A stretch of 21,591 bases of DNA, taken from IMG/VR virus record IMGVR_UViG_3300030517_000001, positions 1 through 21,591 of that record, one strand, 5' to 3'. Below, piece by piece: positions 5,673 through 13,799 of this stretch. A model generated the notes under the pieces. The model had not been told where the DNA came from. It ran no database searches and saw only the letters and a program-made list of their open reading frames with translations. The stretch is from a virus. The stretch's first letter is position 1. The number at the start of each line of letters is the position of its first letter. A program made the translations under genes and the position numbers.

Positions 5673-6624
5673 CGAAATAGGCGAAGCCACAAACCCGGCG
5701 TCGGAGGCTCTTCGCCTTTTGCTGGCCGACACCCGGAGCGCCGACACCCGCCGCGCCTACGAGGCCGACCTGCGCGACTTCTTCGCCTTCCACACCGGCG
5801 AAACGGTTACGCCGGCGAGCCTCGCCAGCTTCTGCGCGCTCCCGTCCGGCCCGCTGGCCTTGGCCCTAAATGGCTACAAGGGGCATTTGCAGGGGCGCGG
5901 CCTGGCCGAGTCCACCGTCAACCGCCGCCTGTCCGCCGTCCGCTCGCTGCTCCGCATGGCCCGGCGCCTGGGGGCCATGGGCGCCGACCCCGCCGGCCTG
6001 GTAACAGGGGAGAAGACGTGGAGCTACCGGGACACGCGCGGCCCCGCGCTGTCTGAGGCCCGCCGGCTGCTGGCCGCGCCGGATACGTCCACCCTGCGCG
6101 GCCTGCGGGACCGGGCGCTGCTAATGCTGCTGTGCGAGAACGCCCTGCGGCGCGGCGAGATCCACAAGTGCGACGTGGGCGACTTCCGGCCCGCCGAGAG
6201 CCGGCTGCTGATCCTGGGCAAAGGCCGGGGCAGCCAGAAGGAGCCGGTGACGCTTTCCCCCGCGACCGTGGCGGCGATCAGCGTGTACCTGGCGGCCCGC
6301 CATAGCCCTTCGGCGGACGCCCCCTTGTTCTGCAACCTGGCCCGGTTCTCGGACGGCGGGGCGCGGCTGACCGGGCGCGGCCTGCTGCACGTCGTCAATG
6401 AGTACGGCCGGCGGGTGCTGGGGAAGGACCTGCACCCCCACGCGCTCCGGCACATGGCGATCACCGCTTGCCTGGACGCGACCGGCGGCGACGTGCGGAC
6501 CGCCCAGCGGCTCTCCCGACACGCCGACGTGCGGACCTTGCAGCGCTACGACGACAACCGGGAGGACCTGCAAGGTAAGGCCACGCAGCTCCTCTCGGCA
6601 CTGTTGCATGGGGATGGGGCTTGA
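5629..6624 (+). CDS. Tyrosine recombinase / integrase, XerC/D-like, 331 aa
   Basis: N-terminal SAM-like domain (RAYEADLRDFFAF, LSAVRSLL). Catalytic-domain motifs LRRGEI, GKG, HPHALRH and the RTLQRY tyrosine. Confidence 0.9.
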   Translation: MDSLSKPYPSSQAPSEIGEATNPASEALRLLLADTRSADTRRAYEADLRDFFAFHTGETVTPASLASFCALPSGPLALALNGYKGHLQGRGLAESTVNRRLSAVRSLLRMARRLGAMGADPAGLVTGEKTWSYRDTRGPALSEARRLLAAPDTSTLRGLRDRALLMLLCENALRRGEIHKCDVGDFRPAESRLLILGKGRGSQKEPVTLSPATVAAISVYLAARHSPSADAPLFCNLARFSDGGARLTGRGLLHVVNEYGRRVLGKDLHPHALRHMAITACLDATGGDVRTAQRLSRHADVRTLQRYDDNREDLQGKATQLLSALLHGDGA

Positions 6625-6830
6625 GCAAGCGTCAGGCTGGCGTCTGGGCGGGCAAGCTGGTCGCCCTGGGCTTCGACACGCGCCGCTGCGTGGAGGCGGA
6701 CGACACGGACGAGGGGGAGAGCGCCTGGTCGGTGTGGTGTTCCGACACTGAGCAAGGCGGCTCATACTTCTATGAGCCGGCGGACTGCCGGGGCTTCCTG
6801 CGCTGGGCAGAGAGTCAGGGGCTGGCATGA
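6621..6830 (+). CDS. Hypothetical protein, 69 aa (TTG start overlapping the integrase stop)
   Basis: ORF track entry and translational-coupling geometry only. Confidence 0.4.
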   Translation: MSKRQAGVWAGKLVALGFDTRRCVEADDTDEGESAWSVWCSDTEQGGSYFYEPADCRGFLRWAESQGLA

Positions 6831-6858
6831 GGGAGAAGGGAACCGAGAGGTACGAGGC

Positions 6859-7119
6859 ATGAACGAGACGATCCAGAAGGAGCGCCGCCCTGGCCGCCCG
6901 AGGAAGCGCAGCCCGCGCGGGCCGCAGTACGACCCGATCACCGTGCAGCTCCCGCCGGACCTGGTGACAGCCCTCGACGCCGCCACAGAGGCCGAGGGGC
7001 TGGACAGCCGCAGCGAGGTCATCCGCCAAGCCTGCCGCTCTTACCTGAAGCGCGCGGAGAAGCGACTTGGCGAGAGGCTGGGGATGGTGCCCAGCGGGAC
7101 ATCAGAAAGGACTATCTAA
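6859..7119 (+). CDS. Ribbon-helix-helix (CopG/MetJ-type) DNA-binding protein, 86 aa
   Basis: Internal ATG of ORF 6772..7119. ITVQLPPDLVTALDAATEAEGLDSRSEVIRQACRSYL is the RHH beta-strand plus two helices pattern, preceded by a basic N-terminal arm. Confidence 0.65.
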   Translation: MNETIQKERRPGRPRKRSPRGPQYDPITVQLPPDLVTALDAATEAEGLDSRSEVIRQACRSYLKRAEKRLGERLGMVPSGTSERTI

Positions 7120-7736
7120 TGGCAACTCTTGTACTCAAGATCAACCTGCCAGATGAAGTCAGGGACCAACTCAACGCGCTTCCCGCGCCTCTGAGGGCCA
7201 AGATCAACGACGCGGCCAGGGAACGGGGGCTTGATGGCCTCGGGTTCTTCATCCAAATGAAGACGATGCTCCTTCTCCCCAAAAGCAGCATTACTCTTGA
7301 CCCCATTGAGCAGGACATCCTGAATGAAGTGTGGTTAACCCTGAAGGCTTTTGATGAAGGCGTACTGGGGCAAAATGGAAAGCGGTTAGACGAACTCGCC
7401 GGATTGCAGGCTGACCAGGAAGAAAACAAAGTGGTCACAGTAGATGAAGAGAGCATCGCGCGCCTCGCCAATTCACGCATCAAGGTTTCCCAGATTGCGA
7501 TGGAGCATACGAGACTTGGCCTGACACCCGAACAGATCGCCGAGGCCCATCCGCATCTGTCGCAGCACCAAGTCTATGCGGCCCTTGCCTTCTACTACGG
7601 CCACAAAGACGCCATGGATGCCCAGATCGCCGCGTCCCTGACATTCGCTGACCAGGAGCGCCTAGAGGCCGGACCGTCGCCGCTCGCTGCCCGGTTGCGG
7701 TCTGAGGGGCGGCTGCCAGCAGGACGCGCCGCGTGA
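7119..7736 (+). CDS. DUF433-domain protein (putative antitoxin) with ~120-aa N-terminal extension, 205 aa
   Basis: C-terminal RIKVSQIAMEHTRLGLTPEQIAEAHPHLSQHQVYAALAFYYGH matches DUF433. TAATG overlap with the RHH gene. The N-terminal half is visibly lower in GC. Confidence 0.65.
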   Translation: MATLVLKINLPDEVRDQLNALPAPLRAKINDAARERGLDGLGFFIQMKTMLLLPKSSITLDPIEQDILNEVWLTLKAFDEGVLGQNGKRLDELAGLQADQEENKVVTVDEESIARLANSRIKVSQIAMEHTRLGLTPEQIAEAHPHLSQHQVYAALAFYYGHKDAMDAQIAASLTFADQERLEAGPSPLAARLRSEGRLPAGRAA

Positions 7737-7746
7737 AGGGTTACGA

Positions 7747-8094
7747 ATGAGCCTCGCTCTCTACACGGACGAAAACGTCCTCGGGCAGATCGTCAGCGGG
7801 CTGCGCCGGCGCGGGGTGGACGTACTGACCGTAGTCGAAGACGAACGAACCGGCATCCCCGACCCGGAGGTCCTGGACCGGGCGACGGCGCTTTCCCGGC
7901 TCCTGTTCAGCCAGGACGACGATCTGCTCCGGGAGGCGAAGAAGCGGCAGGAGAACGGGGAGGCATTCGTCGGCGTGGTCTATGGGCACATCCTGCGGGT
8001 GAGTGTCGGCCAGGCTATCGAAGACCTGGAAGTGATCGCAGGCGCCGGCGATTTGGCCGACTTCGCCAATCGGGTGGAATATCTGCCTTTATGA
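7747..8094 (+). CDS. DUF5615-family PIN-like nuclease domain protein (putative toxin), 115 aa
   Basis: LYTDENVLGQIVSGLRRRGVDVLTV...IPDPEVLDRA...LLFSQDDD matches the DUF5615 pattern. This is the canonical partner of DUF433. Confidence 0.65.
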   Translation: MSLALYTDENVLGQIVSGLRRRGVDVLTVVEDERTGIPDPEVLDRATALSRLLFSQDDDLLREAKKRQENGEAFVGVVYGHILRVSVGQAIEDLEVIAGAGDLADFANRVEYLPL

Positions 8095-8930
8095 CAGAGC
8101 CTATGACAGAAGGCAGGGGAAGGGCCATAGGGACAGCAGCCGCAGGAACAGATGAGGAACACGCGCCTGAGCACCTATTGACCATCCCCGAGGCCGCCGC
8201 CAAAATCGGTGTCTCCGAGCGGACTCTGTACCGCCTGCTGAAGAGTGACAACTTCGCCGCCAGAACGGTGACACAGCACCGGCAAACGGTGACAGGGCGA
8301 CGGCTGACAACGTTGCTCCCGCCGGACATGGTGGAAGAGATCGCCCGGATGCAGCCGCCTCCCTCGGTTCAGTCTCTATCTCAGGAGAAGGCAGAAGGAG
8401 CGAAAGGGAGCGGGACGGGTGAGAACGTCGCCGACGCAGGCGAGGACACTGACAACGATGCCGCCAGCGGTGACAGGAACACCGGCAAGGACGCTGACAA
8501 CGCCAGCGGAACGGTGACAGACGGTGACGCTGACACCGTTCTCCCGGAGGATACGGTGTCAGCGGTGACACTGCCGGCCATCGTCTATCAGGCCCGGATC
8601 ATGGATCTGGAGGCAATGAACGCCGAGCTGCGGGCGGACAAGGAGCGGCTGTACCGGCTGCTGGAGATGGCGCAGGCGAACCTCGCGCGGGAACAGGCCC
8701 TGCGGTCTTTGCCAGCCCCAGATGTGGAAGCCTCAGCGACAAAGGCATCGGATGTAGGACAGAACTCGGCGCCGCAGATGCCACCAGTACCTCCAGATGA
8801 CACGGAGACGGGCGCACTGGTTCAGGACGGAGCGGAAGTCAAACGCACTACGGCGGCACCGGCAGAAAGTAAGCTGGCAGAAAGTAAGCCAGTAAGTTTC
8901 TGGGCACGGCTGATGGGTCGGAAGGAATAG
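8091..8930 (+). CDS. HTH (MerR/excisionase-type) DNA-binding protein with acidic repeat region and C-terminal coiled coil, 279 aa
   Basis: HLLTIPEAAAKIGVSERTLYRLLKS, then D/T/N-rich repeats, then ARIMDLEAMNAELRADKERLYRLLEMAQANLAREQ. Confidence 0.6.
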   Translation: MTEPMTEGRGRAIGTAAAGTDEEHAPEHLLTIPEAAAKIGVSERTLYRLLKSDNFAARTVTQHRQTVTGRRLTTLLPPDMVEEIARMQPPPSVQSLSQEKAEGAKGSGTGENVADAGEDTDNDAASGDRNTGKDADNASGTVTDGDADTVLPEDTVSAVTLPAIVYQARIMDLEAMNAELRADKERLYRLLEMAQANLAREQALRSLPAPDVEASATKASDVGQNSAPQMPPVPPDDTETGALVQDGAEVKRTTAAPAESKLAESKPVSFWARLMGRKE

Positions 8931-8934
8931 ACGT

Positions 8935-9606
8935 ATGGCTTTGTTTGGGCCAAGAGATGCGAACGTGCCATTGCTTACTCGCGTTGCACAGGTTGAGACG
9001 AATGAGCTAGAAGCGTTCATCTGGCAAGTAGATCAGCAGGAAATGAAGGCCCCACGCGATACCCAGACTGTTCGGGCGGAAAATCTAAGACAGTTGAAAC
9101 TGATGAGGCGACCCACGGTAGAAAGTATAGAAGGTCTCGGAAAGCCACTAGGTGACTTGTATTTGGAAGAAATCAAGGAATTAAACAAACTGCGATGCAT
9201 GACGTTGCACCTTCTGAACAACATCGCGAAAGCGCCGCCTGACGAAATCATCTTGTCGTCCAATACCCTCTTCGGCACCAGTGAAAAGGATGCGAGACTT
9301 CTCCATGATTGGAACTTGGAGTTCCTCAAGATGAAGCCGATAGTGCTTTATCTAAATCAGGATCGGTTAAGCGAAAAAAAACCCGCAAAGCCACGGCGGG
9401 ATTTAGTTGTCGGCTATGGCGGAGAGGGAATGCTAACAAATCACTGGATCAGGCGCGGGGCACTGGAGCTTCTAACGAAGGACTACGATCAAAAGGTGGC
9501 TTTTTGCCCCGTCTGCTCATTCCCATACTTGGTGCAGCGGACGAATCAACTTGTCTGTAGCGTCCGATGTCGGACCAGACAGGCAAAACGGAAGCAGCTC
9601 AGGTAA
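8935..9606 (+). CDS. Hypothetical protein with C-terminal zinc ribbon (CPVC...CSVRC), 223 aa, in a low-GC island
   Basis: GGAAGGAA RBS. Hand counts of 60-nt lines give 40% and 50% GC, against a GC-rich flank (a line near 10500 looks close to 70%). Confidence 0.6.
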   Translation: MALFGPRDANVPLLTRVAQVETNELEAFIWQVDQQEMKAPRDTQTVRAENLRQLKLMRRPTVESIEGLGKPLGDLYLEEIKELNKLRCMTLHLLNNIAKAPPDEIILSSNTLFGTSEKDARLLHDWNLEFLKMKPIVLYLNQDRLSEKKPAKPRRDLVVGYGGEGMLTNHWIRRGALELLTKDYDQKVAFCPVCSFPYLVQRTNQLVCSVRCRTRQAKRKQLR

Positions 9607-9620
9607 AATCAACTTATTGG

Positions 9621-9649
9621 TTGACGTAAAGCGATGAAATGGGTATAGT
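9621..9649 (+). promoter_or_regulatory. sigma70 promoter, TTGACG-17 nt-TATAGT
   Basis: -35 at 9621-9626 and -10 at 9644-9649, immediately after the stop at 9606. Confidence 0.6.
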
Positions 9650-9655
9650 ACCTTC

Positions 9656-9950
9656 ATCAAAACAGAAGACGCCTCCGGCCGGGGCTGTTTGCAGCAGCCC
9701 GATGTGGCCGAAAAGCGCCTCTGAGGAGAACCAGGGGTGGTTCAGGGTCTTCTGGGCAGAAGACTCCTATTTTACCACTCCCCCAACGTTTTTTCAATCA
9801 TCATCGGCTTACGCTCCCCATAACCAAGTATGGAGCGAGGTCAGGCTTCTTGTCTGTGCTGAAAATGCGCCGCCCGTCGCCACAGCCCTCCAGACAAGAA
9901 TAAAGCGCCCGAACACACTTGGTCCCTGTGTTCGGGCGCTTCGTCTTTTG
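9656..9950 (+). ncRNA. Candidate ~300-nt structured RNA or regulatory leader bounded by a promoter and an intrinsic terminator (alternative: 83-aa ORF 9702..9953)
   Basis: Bounded by the near-consensus promoter and a 15-bp-stem terminator. Internal hairpins at 9677-9709 and 9812-9837. CAGAAGAC occurs twice (9663, 9757), both complementary to GTCTTCTG (9747). No RBS precedes the internal ATG. Confidence 0.3.
9903..9950 (+). terminator. Rho-independent terminator
   Basis: aagcgcccgaacaca / tgtgttcgggcgctt, a 15-bp stem with a 9-nt loop, followed by cgTCTTTTG. Confidence 0.75.
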
Positions 9951-10029
9951 TGAGCATCGAATTCAAAAAGGAGCCAGGCCCCCACCCACGCCGGCAAGCA
10001 ATGGTGGAGACCTGTATGGAGAAGCCGAG

Positions 10030-10437
10030 ATGGATTATAGCACAGGAAGCCCAAAAACACAATCCCCCTATTCCTACCACCGCTACCCGGTCGAAGAGCT
10101 GCGTCGCCTTCCGGTCCGCGACAACCCCCGCTGCGAGACGCTGAGCTACGAACTCACGGCGGCCCCCGGCATGAAGAACTCCCACACTGGAAGGCCGCGA
10201 ACACATGGGCATGGGGCCGTGCGGCTTTTCGGCGGCTTCATCGCCGCCGTCTGCGTTGCACAGGATGCCGGCGAGTGGTTCCTGGAAGCACAGATCGCCC
10301 CATTTGATACGGAGCGGAATGGACGGGCGACGATGGAGTTCTCGCCGCAGATCCTCGCTGACATCTACCGGGTCGTGCAGCAGCACCAGATCGCAGGCCA
10401 GGCCCGCTCCTACGGGCGCGGGGAGGGCCGTAACTGA
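10030..10437 (+). CDS. Hypothetical protein, 135 aa, translationally coupled to the primase
   Basis: Internal ATG of ORF 9919..10437 with GGAGAAG 5 nt upstream. High GC3 in frame. Its TGA stop shares one base with the primase ATG (...ACTGATGCC). Confidence 0.5.
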   Translation: MDYSTGSPKTQSPYSYHRYPVEELRRLPVRDNPRCETLSYELTAAPGMKNSHTGRPRTHGHGAVRLFGGFIAAVCVAQDAGEWFLEAQIAPFDTERNGRATMEFSPQILADIYRVVQQHQIAGQARSYGRGEGRN

Positions 10438-13208
10438 TGCCCAGGTCTTCACACGGGCCTGACAAAGACGCCGTGCTGGCCGCCCTCACAGGCCGCTTCG
10501 CCGAGTTCTACGGTCAGTACGCCGCCCTGAAGTCCGCCGGCGGCGAGCTGCGCGGCCCCTGCCCCGTACACAACGGCCAGCGGGATAGCTTTGCCGTCAA
10601 CCCGGAAAGTGGGCTATGGCACTGCTTCAGCGAATGCGGCGACGTCGGCGGGGATGTATTCGAATTCCTGAAGCGCAAAGAAGGGCTGGACTTCCCGGAG
10701 GCCCTGGCCGCAGTCGCGGCGTGGGCCGGCGTTGCCGAGAGCGCCAGGCCTTCTCCCGGGGCGGCAGGCCGAACTGGGGACCGGCGGAGCGCCGGTCCGC
10801 CGTCGAGGCTGGACATCGCCCAGGCTTATGACTACACCGACGAGGCCGGGAAGCTGCTGTTTCAGGTCGTGCGGCTCAAGACGCCGCCGGGATCGCCGAA
10901 GGAGTTCCGGCAGCGCCATGCGGCAACGGGCGGCACCTGGGTCTGGTCGCTCAAAAGCGTCCGCCGCGTTCTGTACCATCTGCCGGAAGTGCTGGCGGCC
11001 GTCCGCGACAAAAAGACGGTCTGGATCGCGGAGGGCGAAAAGGACGCGGACGCTCTCCGTGCCCTAGGAATGGCCGCCACCTGTAACCCAATGGGGGCCA
11101 GCAAGAACAAGTGGCTGGACGAATACAGTCAGTCCCTGGCCAGCGCGAACGTCGTGATCCTCCCCGATAACGATGACGAGGGCCGGGGCCACGCCCAGCG
11201 CGTCGCCGCTTCTCTTCATGGGACGGCCTCGCGCGTCCGCATCGTCGCTCTGCCGGGCCTGCCGGAGAAGGGCGACGTGTCCGACTGGCTGGCGGCGGGC
11301 GGCGACACCCCGCAGCTCGTTCAGCTCGCAAAGCCCGTGCCCGACTGGACGCCGGGGACTGTCCCCTCCCCGGCGGGGCGTACAGACAAAGGGCTGCCGG
11401 AGTATGCGCCTTACCAGATCGCCCAGATCCTCGGGATAGAGACACAGGCCCCCGACTCCGACGCGGCGCTCTCTTTCCGCGCCGCCCAGGCCTTCCGCGT
11501 GAACCTGTGTTATTGCCAGGGACTTGGCTGGCTCCACTGGGGCGGCGCTCACTGGGAGGCCGATGATCGGGAGGGGAGCCGGACGGCTGCCCTCTTTGTC
11601 ACCCTCTCCAGGAAGGTCCGCGAAGAAGCCGCGTTCCTGTTCCGGCTCGTGTCGGAAGCCATTCAGCAGGGGCGCACGGAGGATGCGGCGGCCCTGGAGC
11701 GGGCGGCCAGGGCACACCTGCGGCACGTCAAGGTGGTCGAGTCCGAGCCGTTCGCGCAGCGGGCGATGATCCTCGCGAGGTCGCCGCTGGCCGCCGACGT
11801 CAAACTGTTCGAGCCGCGCGCCTGGCTGATCGGCTTTGCAAACGGCGTGTGGCACAAAGGCCAGTGGCGCTCCCATCAGCCTGAAGACTACCTGCTGAAC
11901 CTCTGCCCGGTCCGTATTGAGTCCCCGGAAGCCGAGGCGCCGCCCGCCGGGGGAGGGGAGTGGGCTGCTGTCCTGGAGCGGATCACAGGCGGCGAAATCG
12001 ACTACGCGCGCACCTTGCAGGAAGTCGCCGGCTATGCGCTCTCCGGTGCCTCTCACCTGCGCATCCTGCCCTGGGCGTATGGCGGCAAGGGGACGGGCAA
12101 GAGCACCCTTGCCGAGCTACTGACGGCCGTTCTGGGCGAGGGGGCGGCCTCGATTGATACCAAGCTCCTCAGCAACGACGCGCCGCGCGAGCGGCTGGGC
12201 GCGTCGCTCTGGGGCAAGCGCCTGGTCGTGTGTGCCGAGGCCGGCCACCAGCGCATTGACGCCGATCTGCTGAAGACGCTCTCCGGCGGCGACTCCTATC
12301 CGGTCCGCTTTAACTACAAGGAAGCCTTCACCGGGCGCCCCACCCATGTCCTGCTGATGACGGCCAACGACCCGCCGGCCATGAACGCCTACGACGACGC
12401 CCTCCGGGACCGGGTGCTCGCGCTGCCTTGCAATCACCGCCTGGAGGGAGACGACCCCGCGCATCCCGACCGGCTCATCTTCAGCGAAGGCGCGCGCATC
12501 GAGGAGGTCCGCCGCAATCCCGAAAGCGCCCTGGTAAGGGAGTTCGCCGCATGGGCGCTCTCCGGCCTGGCGCGGCTGTATGCTTCTCAGTCTCTCTACA
12601 AGGCCATGCGTGTCCAGATTGCGACCGCGCAGTTCTGGAAAGACACCGACACGCTGACGCCCTTCTGGGAGACGGTTGATGAGGCCGAACTTCGGAAGGG
12701 GATGACGCGGCCTGATCTTCGCCGGCTGTATGAGGCGTGGTGCCTGGCGGAAGGAGTGCGGAAGCCGATTGGACCGCAGCTTTGGACACAGGCTTGTCGA
12801 AGTGCCGGGCTGGAAGAGACTTGGATCGACAAGAAACGAGGGTGGGAGCTGAAGGGAACGCGGCAAAGTTACTACACTTCCTACACTTCAAGCCCTATTT
12901 TAGAACAAAGTCGCCTGAGTCAAGAAATGCCTCACAAGGGTTTGTCTGAAAACAGCAACGGAAGTGTAGGAAGTGTAGTAAAACCCGGCGCTCCTGATGA
13001 GGTAATTGTTGCCTCCTGCGCGCACGATCTGCTCCTTTTCGTGACTCAGGCCGGCCCGGTCAAGTACGGCCAGATCGTCGCTGAGATGAAGTCGCGCGGC
13101 CATACCGAGGAGGAAACCAAGCGCGTGATCGTCCGCCTTCAGCAGCAGGAGCGGCGCATTGAGAACGATCTGAACGCTGGCGGCTACGTCCTGGCACGGG
13201 CCGAGTGA
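10437..13208 (+). CDS. Bifunctional DNA primase-helicase: CHC2 zinc finger + Toprim + P4/D5-family SF3 NTPase, 923 aa
   Basis: CPVHNGQRDSFAVNPESGLWHCFSEC (CHC2). WIAEGEKDADAL ... ILPDNDDEGRGHA (Toprim). GGKGTGKST Walker A and LVVCAE Walker B. Confidence 0.9.
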   Translation: MPRSSHGPDKDAVLAALTGRFAEFYGQYAALKSAGGELRGPCPVHNGQRDSFAVNPESGLWHCFSECGDVGGDVFEFLKRKEGLDFPEALAAVAAWAGVAESARPSPGAAGRTGDRRSAGPPSRLDIAQAYDYTDEAGKLLFQVVRLKTPPGSPKEFRQRHAATGGTWVWSLKSVRRVLYHLPEVLAAVRDKKTVWIAEGEKDADALRALGMAATCNPMGASKNKWLDEYSQSLASANVVILPDNDDEGRGHAQRVAASLHGTASRVRIVALPGLPEKGDVSDWLAAGGDTPQLVQLAKPVPDWTPGTVPSPAGRTDKGLPEYAPYQIAQILGIETQAPDSDAALSFRAAQAFRVNLCYCQGLGWLHWGGAHWEADDREGSRTAALFVTLSRKVREEAAFLFRLVSEAIQQGRTEDAAALERAARAHLRHVKVVESEPFAQRAMILARSPLAADVKLFEPRAWLIGFANGVWHKGQWRSHQPEDYLLNLCPVRIESPEAEAPPAGGGEWAAVLERITGGEIDYARTLQEVAGYALSGASHLRILPWAYGGKGTGKSTLAELLTAVLGEGAASIDTKLLSNDAPRERLGASLWGKRLVVCAEAGHQRIDADLLKTLSGGDSYPVRFNYKEAFTGRPTHVLLMTANDPPAMNAYDDALRDRVLALPCNHRLEGDDPAHPDRLIFSEGARIEEVRRNPESALVREFAAWALSGLARLYASQSLYKAMRVQIATAQFWKDTDTLTPFWETVDEAELRKGMTRPDLRRLYEAWCLAEGVRKPIGPQLWTQACRSAGLEETWIDKKRGWELKGTRQSYYTSYTSSPILEQSRLSQEMPHKGLSENSNGSVGSVVKPGAPDEVIVASCAHDLLLFVTQAGPVKYGQIVAEMKSRGHTEEETKRVIVRLQQQERRIENDLNAGGYVLARAE

Positions 13209-13750
13209 GCGCCCAAGTGAACTACCCGCGCGGAAGCGGCAGGACCGCCCGTCCGGTGGCCCCACCCCGGTTGCCACAAGAGCCGACCGGCCCGCCATCG
13301 GGCACTAGTGCCCCGGAAGACGGCGGCCGGTCGCAGGATCAGGCCCGCGCCCGCCGCCGCAACGTGCGAATCGAGGACGCGGAGCAGGCTGCCTATGTCG
13401 CCGAGGTGGATGCCGCGATCGCGCGGGATCTCCCCGGTGCCGACTGCATCTTCAGCATCCCGAACGCGAACGCCGCCGGCCCGATTGTCGGGCAGACGCT
13501 CAAGGAGACGGGCCGGCGGGCGGGCGTCCCGGACCTGCTGATCGCCGTGCCACGCGAGGTCGCCGGCATCCGTTACGCTGGCTGCTTCTTGGAGATGAAG
13601 CGACCCGCCGGCGCGATCTCGGACGTGTCGGCGGAGCAGCGCGGATGGCTGGACCGGCTGGCGGCGCGCGGCTACATGGCCGTCGTCGTCTTCGGGTGGC
13701 GCGAGGCGTGGGCAGTCACGCGGCGCTACCTGGAGTGGGACGAAGACTGA
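13205..13750 (+). CDS. VRR-NUC domain nuclease (start uncertain: GTG 13205, 13217 or 13364)
   Basis: GVPDLLIAV...GCFLEMKRPAG..S..Q..WLDRLAARGY.AVVV fits the PD-(D/E)xK VRR-NUC core. The N-terminal ~50 aa are low complexity. Confidence 0.7.
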   Translation: MSAQVNYPRGSGRTARPVAPPRLPQEPTGPPSGTSAPEDGGRSQDQARARRRNVRIEDAEQAAYVAEVDAAIARDLPGADCIFSIPNANAAGPIVGQTLKETGRRAGVPDLLIAVPREVAGIRYAGCFLEMKRPAGAISDVSAEQRGWLDRLAARGYMAVVVFGWREAWAVTRRYLEWDED

Positions 13751-13761
13751 AAACAAGCAAG

Positions 13762-13777
13762 TATTTGACGTCAAATA
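13762..13777. repeat. Perfect 16-bp palindrome TATTTGACGTCAAATA, copy 2
   Basis: Lies in the 49-nt gap between the VRR-NUC stop and the tape-measure start. Confidence 0.95.
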
Positions 13778-13799
13778 ATGCGTCACAAAGGAAAACATC

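Noticed and set aside
5340-5747. 135-aa minus-strand ORF opposite the 107-aa ORF
   Set aside because: It would be an isolated antisense gene running into a strong plus-strand promoter and overlapping the integrase start. The plus-strand ORF fits the operon. Neither has recognisable homology, so confidence stays modest.
6121-7029. 302-aa minus-strand ORF antisense to the integrase and RHH genes
   Set aside because: Arg/Pro/Ala-rich, a typical GC-driven shadow ORF. It overlaps the clearly motif-bearing integrase on the other strand.
9639-9953. 104-aa ORF covering the candidate RNA unit
   Set aside because: Its ATG lies inside the promoter spacer, upstream of the predicted TSS. It has odd Trp/Ser/Pro-rich composition, and the frame ends inside the terminator T-tract. 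The shorter 83-aa version cannot be excluded and is flagged in the finding.
9841-10452. 203-aa minus-strand ORF opposite the 135-aa pre-primase ORF
   Set aside because: The plus-strand frame has an RBS, high GC3 and stop/start coupling to the primase. The minus-strand ORF would run into the plus-strand terminator.
11064-12056. 330-aa minus-strand ORF (with other long ORFs at 10951..11445 and 12117..12866) antisense to the primase-helicase
   Set aside because: Low-complexity R/G/P composition. The plus frame carries the zinc-finger, Toprim and Walker A/B motifs.
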